43,337 bases of DNA from an uncultured Muribaculaceae bacterium (GCA_964626795.1 CAZVIQ010000002.1:1-43337), one strand, 5' to 3'; shown: positions 9,988-17,797, numbered from the stretch's first letter. Notes: generated by a model not told the origin, from the letters alone. Program-made: numbers and translations.

Positions 9988-11073
9988 ATGAGAAGTGTTT
10001 ATGTTCATATACCTTTTTGCAATAGTATTTGTTCTTATTGTGATTTTTGCAAAATGCTTTACAATGAGGAGTGGGTTGACCACTATTTAAGTAAACTTGA
10101 GACAGAAATAAATAAATATTATGAAAATGATGTTGTTAAAACGATTTATATTGGAGGAGGAACTCCTTCAAGTTTAAGTATAAACTTTTTAGAAAGATTA
10201 TTTTCTATGCTTAGCAATATAAAAATTTGTGATAAAAACGAATATACTATTGAAATGAATGTTAATGATATTACTGAAGAGAAACTTATATTACTAAAAA
10301 AATATAAAATAAACAGAGTAAGTGTTGGAATTGAAAGCTTTAATAAATTTAAGCTTAAATTTATGAATAGAAAACATAATAAAAAAGAAATAATAAAGGC
10401 AATCAAATTATTAAGAAAATATGATTTTGATAATATAAATATAGATTTTATGTATGCTCTTCCTATAGAAAATTATAAAATATTTAAAAAAGATTTAAAG
10501 AAATTTCTACATCTTGATGTTGAACATATAAGTACATATTCTTTAATTATAGAAGATAATACTGCTTTAAAAATAAATGATATAAAACCACTTGATGAAA
10601 ATCTTGATGCTAAAATGTATAAATATCTTACTAGGAAATTAAAAAAATATGATTTTAATCATTATGAAGTAAGTAATTTTTCTAAAACCGGATATGAAAG
10701 CATTCATAATTTAACTTACTGGAATAATGAAGAATATTATGGATTTGGACTTGGATCACATGGATTTATTAATAATGTCAGATATGAAAATACTAGAAAT
10801 CTAAATAAATATTTAAATGAAGAGTTTAGAAAAGAAGAATATATAGTATCGACAAAAGAAGATATGGAAAATGAAGTTATATTTGGTCTTAGAAAACTTT
10901 CTGGAATAGATATAAAGAAATTCTATGATAAGTTTGGAAAGAATATACAGGAAGTATTTGATATCAAAGCTCCTTTTAAAAATAAATATTTAATATTAGA
11001 AGGTAATTATCTTAAAATACCAGAAGATAAGATCTATTTAATGAATGAAATACTTGGAATGATGCTAAAATAA
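9988..11073 (+). CDS. hemW: Radical SAM heme chaperone HemW (HemN-like, oxygen-independent coproporphyrinogen III oxidase family)
   Basis: YVHIPFCNSICSYCDF (CxxxCxxC) and GGGTPS motifs. I prefer ATG 9988 (RBS AGGTGAG) over the track's GTG at 9979. Confidence 0.85.
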   Translation: MRSVYVHIPFCNSICSYCDFCKMLYNEEWVDHYLSKLETEINKYYENDVVKTIYIGGGTPSSLSINFLERLFSMLSNIKICDKNEYTIEMNVNDITEEKLILLKKYKINRVSVGIESFNKFKLKFMNRKHNKKEIIKAIKLLRKYDFDNINIDFMYALPIENYKIFKKDLKKFLHLDVEHISTYSLIIEDNTALKINDIKPLDENLDAKMYKYLTRKLKKYDFNHYEVSNFSKTGYESIHNLTYWNNEEYYGFGLGSHGFINNVRYENTRNLNKYLNEEFRKEEYIVSTKEDMENEVIFGLRKLSGIDIKKFYDKFGKNIQEVFDIKAPFKNKYLILEGNYLKIPEDKIYLMNEILGMMLK

Positions 11074-11088
11074 TAAAAAGGAGAATTT

Positions 11089-11874
11089 ATGGATTTTAAA
11101 TTTATTATTAATACTGATGTTCTTGCTATTCATTTATTAACAAAATTAAAAGATTTTAGAGAAGTAAAATATGAATTGGAAAAGTTAAGACAAATGTATC
11201 CTGAAGAGTTTAATGAACTTTTCTCTCTTAGTGTAGATAAATATTTAAATGTAGATGGAAGATTTAAACAGATGCTTGAAGAATTTAAAAAATCTGAATA
11301 TTTTAAAAAAATGTATATTGAAACAAAAAAATATAAAAGATTTGTTTTATTTGGGTGGAAATTAAATAAGAAGAGAATTAATAAGTTTCTTTCTAAGATT
11401 TTAAGAATAAATATAGACAAAACGTTAAATGTTTATATATCACATCCTTATTGTTCAATTGGATATAATTCAAAAGGAGATATATTTTGGGGACACTGGC
11501 AGGGCGAAAGGAATATAAAACATAATTTAATATATCTTGTTCATGAAGCAATGCATACAATATTACCGTATAAGAACTATTATGTAAGAGAAGATTTTGA
11601 TAAAAATCACGCAATAATAGAACTTATTTCAGAATATGAACTTAGGTACTTTTTATATAAGAAGCCTGATATGGATCAAGGGCATGAGTTTCTTCTTAAA
11701 TATAGATATAAATTATATCCATATTGGCTTAAGTATATTGGTTTATCTGAAAGCGAAATACAAAAAAGAATTAAAAATGATAAAGTGGTTAATATAGTTC
11801 TTCCTTTAGAAGAGCTTAGTAAACTTAATATATATGAATTTGTAGAGTTTATTTTAAATAAAGAAATTAAATAA
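11089..11874 (+). CDS. Hypothetical protein with an HExxH motif (possible metallopeptidase-like)
   Basis: 261-aa ORF with RBS AAAGGAG. It contains LVHEAMHTI followed by HAIIE. No signal peptide. The family is not recognised. Confidence 0.5.
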   Translation: MDFKFIINTDVLAIHLLTKLKDFREVKYELEKLRQMYPEEFNELFSLSVDKYLNVDGRFKQMLEEFKKSEYFKKMYIETKKYKRFVLFGWKLNKKRINKFLSKILRINIDKTLNVYISHPYCSIGYNSKGDIFWGHWQGERNIKHNLIYLVHEAMHTILPYKNYYVREDFDKNHAIIELISEYELRYFLYKKPDMDQGHEFLLKYRYKLYPYWLKYIGLSESEIQKRIKNDKVVNIVLPLEELSKLNIYEFVEFILNKEIK

Positions 11875-11972
11875 AATTAACTGAAAAAGTAAATAATATT
11901 AGACTTATAAAAACAGAAATATATATAATGAAGTTAAATAAAAATGAAGTATTAATAATAAAATAAAGACTT

Positions 11973-12002
11973 GAACTGGTATAATAGCCAGTTCTTTTTT
12001 TG
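11973..12002 (+). terminator. Rho-independent terminator
   Basis: GAACTGG (11973-11979) / CCAGTTC (11988-11994), an 8-nt loop, then a T8 run. Confidence 0.65.
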
Positions 12003-12065
12003 TTTGACAAAATTTTGGTCTTGTTTTGGTCTTGTTTTTGTCAATACTAATGTTTTGTTTGTCAA
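12003..12065. repeat. Cluster of short inverted and tandem repeats next to the 3' side of tRNA-Ser
   Basis: TTTGACAAAA (12003-12012) against TTTTGTCAA (12036-12044). Perfect tandem 11-mer TTTTGGTCTTG x2 (12013-12034). A third TTGTCAA at 12059-12065. Confidence 0.6.
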
Positions 12066-12119
12066 TTATTAGGCTATATAAAACAATATAAAATCTTAAT
12101 TTAACACTATAAAACAAAG

Positions 12120-12140
12120 AAAAAGCACGTGTTTACGTAC
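12120..12140 (-). terminator. Small terminator hairpin downstream of tRNA-Ser
   Basis: Minus strand reads GTACGT-aaac-ACGTGC (6 bp including one G-U) followed by U5. Confidence 0.45.
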
Positions 12141-12155
12141 TTTGATTAAAATAAG

Positions 12156-12246
12156 TGGCGGAGTAGGAGAGATTTGAACTCTCGCGCCAGTTTCCCGACC
12201 TACACCCTTAGCAGGGGCGCCTCTTCAGCCTCTTGAGTACTACTCC
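12156..12246 (-). tRNA. tRNA-Ser (anticodon GCU), class II with long variable arm and encoded CCA
   Basis: The reverse complement reads GGAGTAGTACTCAAGAGGCTGAAGAGGCGCCCCTGCTAAGGGTGTAGGTCGGGAAACTGGCGCGAGAGTTCAAATCTCTCCTACTCCGCCA. The acceptor stem GGAGTAG/CTACTCC pairs. The anticodon loop is CT-GCT-AA. A T-loop GTTCAAATC and a long extra arm are present. Confidence 0.9.
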
Positions 12247-12272
12247 AAATTTATCTGCTAATTAATAATACA

Positions 12273-12614
12273 TTATTTTTGAATATTAGTCAAGTTTAGA
12301 GTGACACCTATATTAATACAATTTTCTTCTATAAATTCACTTGGAAGTTCTAAAACATAATAAACTTTTTTATTTTTAACTATAATTCTATTAGGCTTTA
12401 AATTGTTAAAAACATAAAGAACTTTAAAATTTTTATCCATCATGATAACATCAATATTTTGAAAACAAAAGAAAGTATGTATTGAACTTACTTTTTTAAA
12501 AAGTATTCCATAATCAATTTTTTTTCTTTTAAACATAATTCCAATTAATCTTTTAAAAAAATTGTCTGCAGTAACAGTTTTAATTTTTATATTCTTTGTC
12601 ATATCAAACCACAT
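12273..12614 (-). CDS. DUF192-like small protein
   Basis: 113 aa (109 aa if ATG 12602 is the start). The pattern ADNFFKRLIGIMFKR...GILFKK..SIHTFFCFQNIDVIMMDKNFKV...YVLELPSEF matches my recollection of the DUF192/COG1430 consensus (GLM..., hMknt.hpLDhhFhD, vLEl.aG). Confidence 0.55.
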   Translation of the reverse strand: MWFDMTKNIKIKTVTADNFFKRLIGIMFKRKKIDYGILFKKVSSIHTFFCFQNIDVIMMDKNFKVLYVFNNLKPNRIIVKNKKVYYVLELPSEFIEENCINIGVTLNLTNIQK

Positions 12615-12635
12615 AATAAGTATAACATATTTAAT

Positions 12636-12664
12636 TTGACAAAAATATAAAATTCATTTAGAAT
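12636..12664 (+). promoter_or_regulatory. Candidate sigma-A promoter of the pilus operon
   Basis: TTGACA (12636-12641), a 17-nt spacer, then TAGAAT (12659-12664). RBS AGGTGAG follows at 12671-12677. Confidence 0.55.
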
Positions 12665-12681
12665 TATACTAGGTGAGACGT

Positions 12682-12879
12682 ATGTTAAATAGGTTAAATA
12701 AAAAAGGTCAAGCTTTAACAGAATACATTCTTATCATTGCATTAGTAAGTGTTATAGCAATCGCGATTGTAAACGTTTTTGGAGGATATCTTAAAGATGC
12801 CATGACAAAAACAAGTTGCAATTTAGTGAATCAATCTTATGTTGAGGGAGAAAAGCCGGGTGAAGGTTATTGTGAATAA
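12682..12879 (+). CDS. flp: Flp/Fap-family type IVb prepilin
   Basis: 65 aa from ATG 12682 (the track starts at GTG 12673). Short basic leader MLNRLNKKG, then the Flp motif QALTEYILIIALVSVIAIAIV (G at -1, E at +5, Y at +6). Confidence 0.8.
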   Translation: MLNRLNKKGQALTEYILIIALVSVIAIAIVNVFGGYLKDAMTKTSCNLVNQSYVEGEKPGEGYCE

Positions 12880-13336
12880 GAAAGCAGGTTTTACGCTGGT
12901 AGAGCTTTTAGCAACAATCGCACTTTTATCAATATTGATAGTTTTTGTTGTCCCAAAAATATACAGTTATATTCAAACAGGTACAAATAAAGCTTTAGAA
13001 CTTCAGGAGAAGAATGTAGAGGATGCTGCTAAAATATTTTTAGAAGATTATTGTAAATCACCTATAACTTTAGCTCATGCTACTCAGTGTACTAAACTTT
13101 TAAATAAAGAAATTACTTCCAGTGGTTTTGCAACTTTTGAAGGTATATTAAAATTAAGCTTTTTAATTGAAAAAGATTATATTGATCCAGTTACATTTAA
13201 AAAGAATTCTTGTGATGATACCAGCTATATAGAGTTTAATACTGATGATACAATTAAAGCATATTTAAAATGTGGTGATATAAAAACTTCAGACTGGAAT
13301 CAGGAAAAATTAAATGATGCAAAACCTAATGAATAA
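12872..13336 (+). CDS. Type IV pilin/pseudopilin with a class III (prepilin-type N-terminal cleavage/methylation) signal
   Basis: (V)NKKAG|FTLVELLATIALLSILIVFVVP is a canonical GFTLxE motif. GTG 12872 is in frame and overlaps the flp stop (12877-12879). The track's upstream start at 12839 would lie inside flp. The globular part has four Cys. Confidence 0.8.
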   Translation: MNKKAGFTLVELLATIALLSILIVFVVPKIYSYIQTGTNKALELQEKNVEDAAKIFLEDYCKSPITLAHATQCTKLLNKEITSSGFATFEGILKLSFLIEKDYIDPVTFKKNSCDDTSYIEFNTDDTIKAYLKCGDIKTSDWNQEKLNDAKPNE

Positions 13337-13691
13337 AAAAAAGAAAGGACAAGCGCTGGTAGAATTTATTATTATATTACCAATTTTCTTATTCTTAATA
13401 TTTGGATTAATAGATTTTGGAAAGATACTTTATATTAAAAATGAACTTACTGTTTTATTACCCGAAGTTAAAGAAATGTATAAGGATAAAACTTATGAAG
13501 AAATTGAAAAGTATGTTAGAAAGAATAATAAGGATAATAAGATTAGTATAACGACTAAAGATGAGAATGTTACTTTTGAAATTTATAGAAATTTAAATAT
13601 TGTAACACCGGGGCTTAATCTTATAATTGGTAATCCGTATAAAGTTACTGCTTCGCTTATTATTAATAATGAGAGTACTGAAAAAGAATGA
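13314..13691 (+). CDS. tadE: TadE-like pseudopilin
   Basis: MNKKKKG|QALVEFIIILPIFLFLIFGLIDFG matches the TadE N-terminal signature. The start is either 13314 or 13329. It overlaps the preceding pilin gene. Confidence 0.75.
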   Translation: MMQNLMNKKKKGQALVEFIIILPIFLFLIFGLIDFGKILYIKNELTVLLPEVKEMYKDKTYEEIEKYVRKNNKDNKISITTKDENVTFEIYRNLNIVTPGLNLIIGNPYKVTASLIINNESTEKE

Positions 13692-13980
13692 TGGTCAAAT
13701 CTTAGTGATGTTTCTTATGCTTCTTCCTGTTATGATAATGCTTATAATGTTGGTAGTAGATACAGGCTTCATGATTAATAGAAATCTTAGTATAAAAAGT
13801 GTTATAAATAATGAAGAAGATATTGCTAAAATAGAAGTGGAACTTGGTAGAAATAAAATAAATTATGATAGTCTGGAAAAGAAAGATGATTGCATAATAG
13901 TAAATTCAACTGTAAAGGCTCTTTTTGGAAAGATAATTGGAAAAAAAGAATATAAAATAGTTGTAAAAAACTGTAAATAA
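13669..13980 (+). CDS. TadG/TadF-like (Tad_N type) pilus assembly protein
   Basis: From ATG 13669: MRVLKKNDGQILVMFLMLLPVMIMLIMLVVDTG. This fits the G-x-hydrophobic...LLP...VDxG pattern of TadE/G-like N-termini. It overlaps the tadE end. The track start at 13627 is probably too far upstream. Confidence 0.6.
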   Translation: MRVLKKNDGQILVMFLMLLPVMIMLIMLVVDTGFMINRNLSIKSVINNEEDIAKIEVELGRNKINYDSLEKKDDCIIVNSTVKALFGKIIGKKEYKIVVKNCK

Positions 13981-13991
13981 AGAGGGATGTT

Positions 13992-14762
13992 ATGAAAGGG
14001 ATAAAAGGAAAAAGTCTTTGTATCTATTCTCCTAAAGGTGGAATAGGTAAAACTATTTTGGTTTCTAATCTAGGTGCAGTGGCAAGTAAGATGAATAAAA
14101 AAGTACTGCTTCTGGATTTTGATTTATATTTTGGGTGTTTATCCATGTTCATAAATGAAAATATTACCAAGACAGTATTTAATCTAGCAGATGATTTAAA
14201 TAATAATAGATATAAGTCAATTAATGATTATATATATAAGTATAATGATAACATTGATATTCTTTGTGCACCCAAAGATCCTAGACAGGGTTCTAAAATA
14301 AGTGCCAAATATATTGATATAATTCTTGACAGAACTACAAGTATATATGATTTAGTAATAATAGACACCTATGCAAGTTCTGATGAAATAACAGTAAGTA
14401 TTTTAGATGTCATAGATAATATTCTTTTTGTAGTTGATAATGATCCTTTTACTATGAAAAACATGAGAAATATACTTAGTATTTTTAAAGATAATGAATT
14501 TGATAATTATAAAGTTTTATTAAATAATTCACTTAGTTCAAAAATATATTATTTTTCAAATGCAGAAATTAGAAAAGTAATTGATGCAAATATTGATTAT
14601 ACATTAAGTAATAATTTTTTTATGAAAGATATATCTTCAGCTATATATGATTCTACTATACCTATACTTTATAAAAATAATTATAGGAAATATAGAAATG
14701 ATATAAATAACATGAAACTTATAATTAAAGATGTAATTGAGGTTGAAGATGAAAAAGAATAG
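13992..14762 (+). CDS. tadZ: TadZ/CpaE-like ParA/MinD-family ATPase (no N-terminal receiver-like domain)
   Basis: 256 aa with a deviant Walker A, YSPKGGIGKTILVSNLG, then LLLDFD. It sits immediately upstream of tadA. Confidence 0.75.
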   Translation: MKGIKGKSLCIYSPKGGIGKTILVSNLGAVASKMNKKVLLLDFDLYFGCLSMFINENITKTVFNLADDLNNNRYKSINDYIYKYNDNIDILCAPKDPRQGSKISAKYIDIILDRTTSIYDLVIIDTYASSDEITVSILDVIDNILFVVDNDPFTMKNMRNILSIFKDNEFDNYKVLLNNSLSSKIYYFSNAEIRKVIDANIDYTLSNNFFMKDISSAIYDSTIPILYKNNYRKYRNDINNMKLIIKDVIEVEDEKE

Positions 14763-16086
14763 TTTAAAAGATGTTTTTGAAATTCAGAATAAAGATGCTT
14801 GTCCTACTATTGTTTCAGATTATGAAGTATTTAAAGATAAGGTTCTTTTGGATGAACTTAGAACAAAAATAATTTCTAATTTAATAGATAACGAACTTCC
14901 TGTTGGGATTTCTTTAATCGATTTTATAAATAATGAAATAGATAGAAGTTTAGAAGGATATGATTTATCAAATCTTGAAAGAAGTCATATTTTTAATTTA
15001 ATAGATAATGAAATTACAGGATATGGACCTTTAACAGAACTCTTAAAAGATAAAAACATTAGTGAAATAATGGTAAATGCACCAGATGAGATTTATATTG
15101 AAATAGATGGTTCTCTTGTAAAAGATTCAAGTATTTCATTTATTAATAATGAACATATAATTAGAACAATACAGAGAATGATCCAGCCTTTAGGAAGAAC
15201 AATAGATGCGACTAATCCTATGGTTGACTCAAGACTTAAAGATGGTTCAAGAATTAATGCTGTTATACCTCCTCTTAGTGTAAGAGGCCCTGTACTAACT
15301 ATAAGAAAGTTTAAAGCTTCTTTAGAAACAGCTGATGATTTACTTAGAATGGGTACTTTTACTCCATATATGGCAAGATTTTTAGAAGCAGCAGTTCAGG
15401 CTAAACTTAATATTATAATATCTGGAGGTACAGGAAGTGGTAAAACTACACTTCTTAATATCTTAAGTTCGTTTATAAATAATAATGAAAGAATTATTAC
15501 AATAGAAGATGCAGCAGAACTTAAACTTCGTCAAAGTCATGTTATTTCTTTAGAAACCAGAGTAATGAATTATGACTCTGATGGTGAAGTAACAATTAGA
15601 GATTTAGTGATAAATTCACTTCGTATGAGACCAGATAGAATTATAGTAGGTGAAGTTCGTGGTAAAGAAGCGTTTGATATGCTTCAAGCAATGAATACAG
15701 GTCATGACGGCTCTCTTTCAACACTTCATGCAAATGGAGTAATGGATGCTTTAAATAGACTTGAGACAATGGTACTGATGAGTGGTATAGAAATTCCAAT
15801 TAAAGCAATAAGAGAATATATATTTAATGCTATAGATATTGTTATAAATATTGAAAGATTAAGTGATGGAAGAAGAAAAATTCTAAAGATAAGTGAACTT
15901 AAATCAATGGAAAATGGGGATATAATTCTTGAAGATATCTTTGCGTTTACTGAAAAAGGTCTTACAAAAAATGGAGAAGTAGATGGAGAATTTATACTTT
16001 ATGAAAAAGTTCCTAAAGTTTTAAAGAAAATTAGAAGTAAAGGAATAAATTCTATAGATTTTATGTTTGAAAAAGTAGAGAGGTAA
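14749..16086 (+). CDS. tadA: TadA/CpaF secretion ATPase
   Basis: Walker A GGTGSGKTT, Asp box ITIEDAAEL, Walker B RPDRIIVGEVRG and His box NTGHDGSLSTLHAN, plus ISEIMVN. I prefer ATG 14749 (RBS GAGG) over the track's TTG at 14737. Confidence 0.9.
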   Translation: MKKNSLKDVFEIQNKDACPTIVSDYEVFKDKVLLDELRTKIISNLIDNELPVGISLIDFINNEIDRSLEGYDLSNLERSHIFNLIDNEITGYGPLTELLKDKNISEIMVNAPDEIYIEIDGSLVKDSSISFINNEHIIRTIQRMIQPLGRTIDATNPMVDSRLKDGSRINAVIPPLSVRGPVLTIRKFKASLETADDLLRMGTFTPYMARFLEAAVQAKLNIIISGGTGSGKTTLLNILSSFINNNERIITIEDAAELKLRQSHVISLETRVMNYDSDGEVTIRDLVINSLRMRPDRIIVGEVRGKEAFDMLQAMNTGHDGSLSTLHANGVMDALNRLETMVLMSGIEIPIKAIREYIFNAIDIVINIERLSDGRRKILKISELKSMENGDIILEDIFAFTEKGLTKNGEVDGEFILYEKVPKVLKKIRSKGINSIDFMFEKVER

Positions 16087-16088
16087 TT

Positions 16089-17099
16089 ATGGATAAGATA
16101 AGAATACTTGAAATATTAATTACTCAGATGATAATTGTTTTATCATTAGTTTTTATTATTATCTCACTTCTTATCGTTCGTAAAAATAATAAAATAATAA
16201 AGAAATTTAATAATTATACTGTTAAATCAATAAAAAGGGCTAATGTATCTTTTTTTGATAAGCTTATTTATATGATGGAATATATAATATCTAAGAATGC
16301 TGAAGTATTAAGAAAACTTAGATTTATGACTAGATATGCTAAAAAGTATGATAAACATTTAACTTTTGAAGAACTTAAGAATAAAGATGGTTTTTATATA
16401 CTTTCTACTAAGTTTATGATGACTTTTTTTATAGTACTTTTGTATTTTTTAAATCAGGTATTCAGATATAAAGATATAACTTTTGGAGGTATATTTTTAT
16501 CTGGAATACTTGGATATTTTATAACTGATATATTTCTTTTACTTAATTATATGAAGAAGAAAAAAGAGATTGAAGAAGATCTTTTAAAAGCAATCATGGT
16601 AATGAACAGTGCATTTAAAAGTGGTAGAAGTTTAGTTCAGGCAATTGAAATCGTTAAAGATGAACTTACTGGGGCGATAAGTGATGAATTTAAGAAAATA
16701 TATCTTGATATTTCTTATGGGCTTAGTGTTGAAACAGTATTTGAAAGATTTTATCAAAGAATAAAGCTTGAGGAAGCAAAATATATTTCAAGTAGTTTAA
16801 CTTTACTTAATCAAACAGGAGGAAATATTACTAAAGTATTTGAATCAATAGAAAAAGAATTTTATAGTAGAAAAAAACTTGATAATGAATTAAAAACTAT
16901 GACTGCTTCAAGTGTTTTTGTTTTTAGAACGTTATTATTTATGCCTTTTATAGTGTGTCTTGTAATATTTATATTAAATAATAATTATTTTGATCCTCTT
17001 TTTAACTCTGGATTAGGAAAAATAATTCTTGCTTTAATAGGAATACTTTATTTAATATATATAATAATTATTAAAAGAATAATAAAGGTGGAATTATAA
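16089..17099 (+). CDS. tadB: TadB-like platform protein (T2SS F-domain)
   Basis: 336 aa. Polytopic, with a cytoplasmic helical domain (LLKAIMVMNSAFKSGRSLVQAIE...) flanked by TM segments. Its position follows tadA. Confidence 0.75.
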   Translation: MDKIRILEILITQMIIVLSLVFIIISLLIVRKNNKIIKKFNNYTVKSIKRANVSFFDKLIYMMEYIISKNAEVLRKLRFMTRYAKKYDKHLTFEELKNKDGFYILSTKFMMTFFIVLLYFLNQVFRYKDITFGGIFLSGILGYFITDIFLLLNYMKKKKEIEEDLLKAIMVMNSAFKSGRSLVQAIEIVKDELTGAISDEFKKIYLDISYGLSVETVFERFYQRIKLEEAKYISSSLTLLNQTGGNITKVFESIEKEFYSRKKLDNELKTMTASSVFVFRTLLFMPFIVCLVIFILNNNYFDPLFNSGLGKIILALIGILYLIYIIIIKRIIKVEL

Positions 17100-17797
17100 T
17101 GAAAAATGAGATTTTAATTGAAAAAATATATTCTGCCAAGAGTATAGAAAAAATAAAAAAGAAAGTTAAACTTTTAGGTATTAATTCAAAAATAAATGCA
17201 ATAGAATTTCTCAATTTAAGACTTATGCTATGTTTCTTAGTTTTTATATCGCTTCTTTATTTTTCAGAGTTACCTTTTATATATGCACCTTTAGTTACAA
17301 TTATTATTTATATTGCTTTTGAATATATTATAATTGACTACCAAATAAAAAATAGAATAAGAAAACTAGATAAAGATGCATTATTCTTTTTTGAAATATT
17401 AGCTTTATCACTTGAAGTAGGAAGAAATTTAAAGGGTGCATTAGATCTTACCGTTAAAAGTATTAAAAATGACTTATCTGATGAGTTTGGGATAGTAATA
17501 GAAGAAGTAAATTATGGTAAAAGTTTAAATGAAGCACTTGTAAAAATGAAAGAAAGAATACCAAGTGAAACTGTAAATAATGTAATACTAAATATTACTC
17601 AATCAAATACTTTTGGAACTTCAATTATAGATACACTTCATCAGCAGGTAGCGTATATCAGAGATAAAAAATTCTTAGAAACAAAAGCTATAATTAATAA
17701 GATGCCAATTAAAATAAGTGTTATATCTGTAGTACTGTTTCTTCCAATTATGCTTTTACTTTTACTTGGACCTATACTTATAGATTTTATGAAGTAA
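17099..17797 (+). CDS. tadC: TadC-like platform protein (T2SS F-domain)
   Basis: 232 aa with the same TM - helical domain (FFEILALSLEVGRNLKGALD...) - TM architecture. ATGA overlap with tadB. Confidence 0.7.
   Translation: MKNEILIEKIYSAKSIEKIKKKVKLLGINSKINAIEFLNLRLMLCFLVFISLLYFSELPFIYAPLVTIIIYIAFEYIIIDYQIKNRIRKLDKDALFFFEILALSLEVGRNLKGALDLTVKSIKNDLSDEFGIVIEEVNYGKSLNEALVKMKERIPSETVNNVILNITQSNTFGTSIIDTLHQQVAYIRDKKFLETKAIINKMPIKISVISVVLFLPIMLLLLLGPILIDFMK

Noticed and set aside
12013-12034. Perfect tandem 11-mer as a possible CRISPR or minisatellite
   Set aside because: There are only two copies, no spacers and no cas genes. I report it simply as part of a short repeat cluster.
11905-12117. 70-aa minus-strand ORF between the HExxH gene and tRNA-Ser
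   Set aside because: It spans a plus-strand terminator and the repeat cluster, has no RBS, and translates to a low-complexity product. I treat it as non-coding.
12839-12871. Track start of the pilin ORF 33 nt upstream, inside flp (MLREKSRVKVI...)
   Set aside because: It would add a non-canonical 17-aa leader and overlap flp by 41 nt. The in-frame GTG at 12872 gives a typical short basic prepilin leader, NKKAG|F.
13627-13668. Track start of the TadG-like ORF (MVIRIKLLLRLLLI...)
   Set aside because: This stretch lies inside the tadE coding region. ATG 13669 gives the expected short charged leader before the hydrophobic segment.
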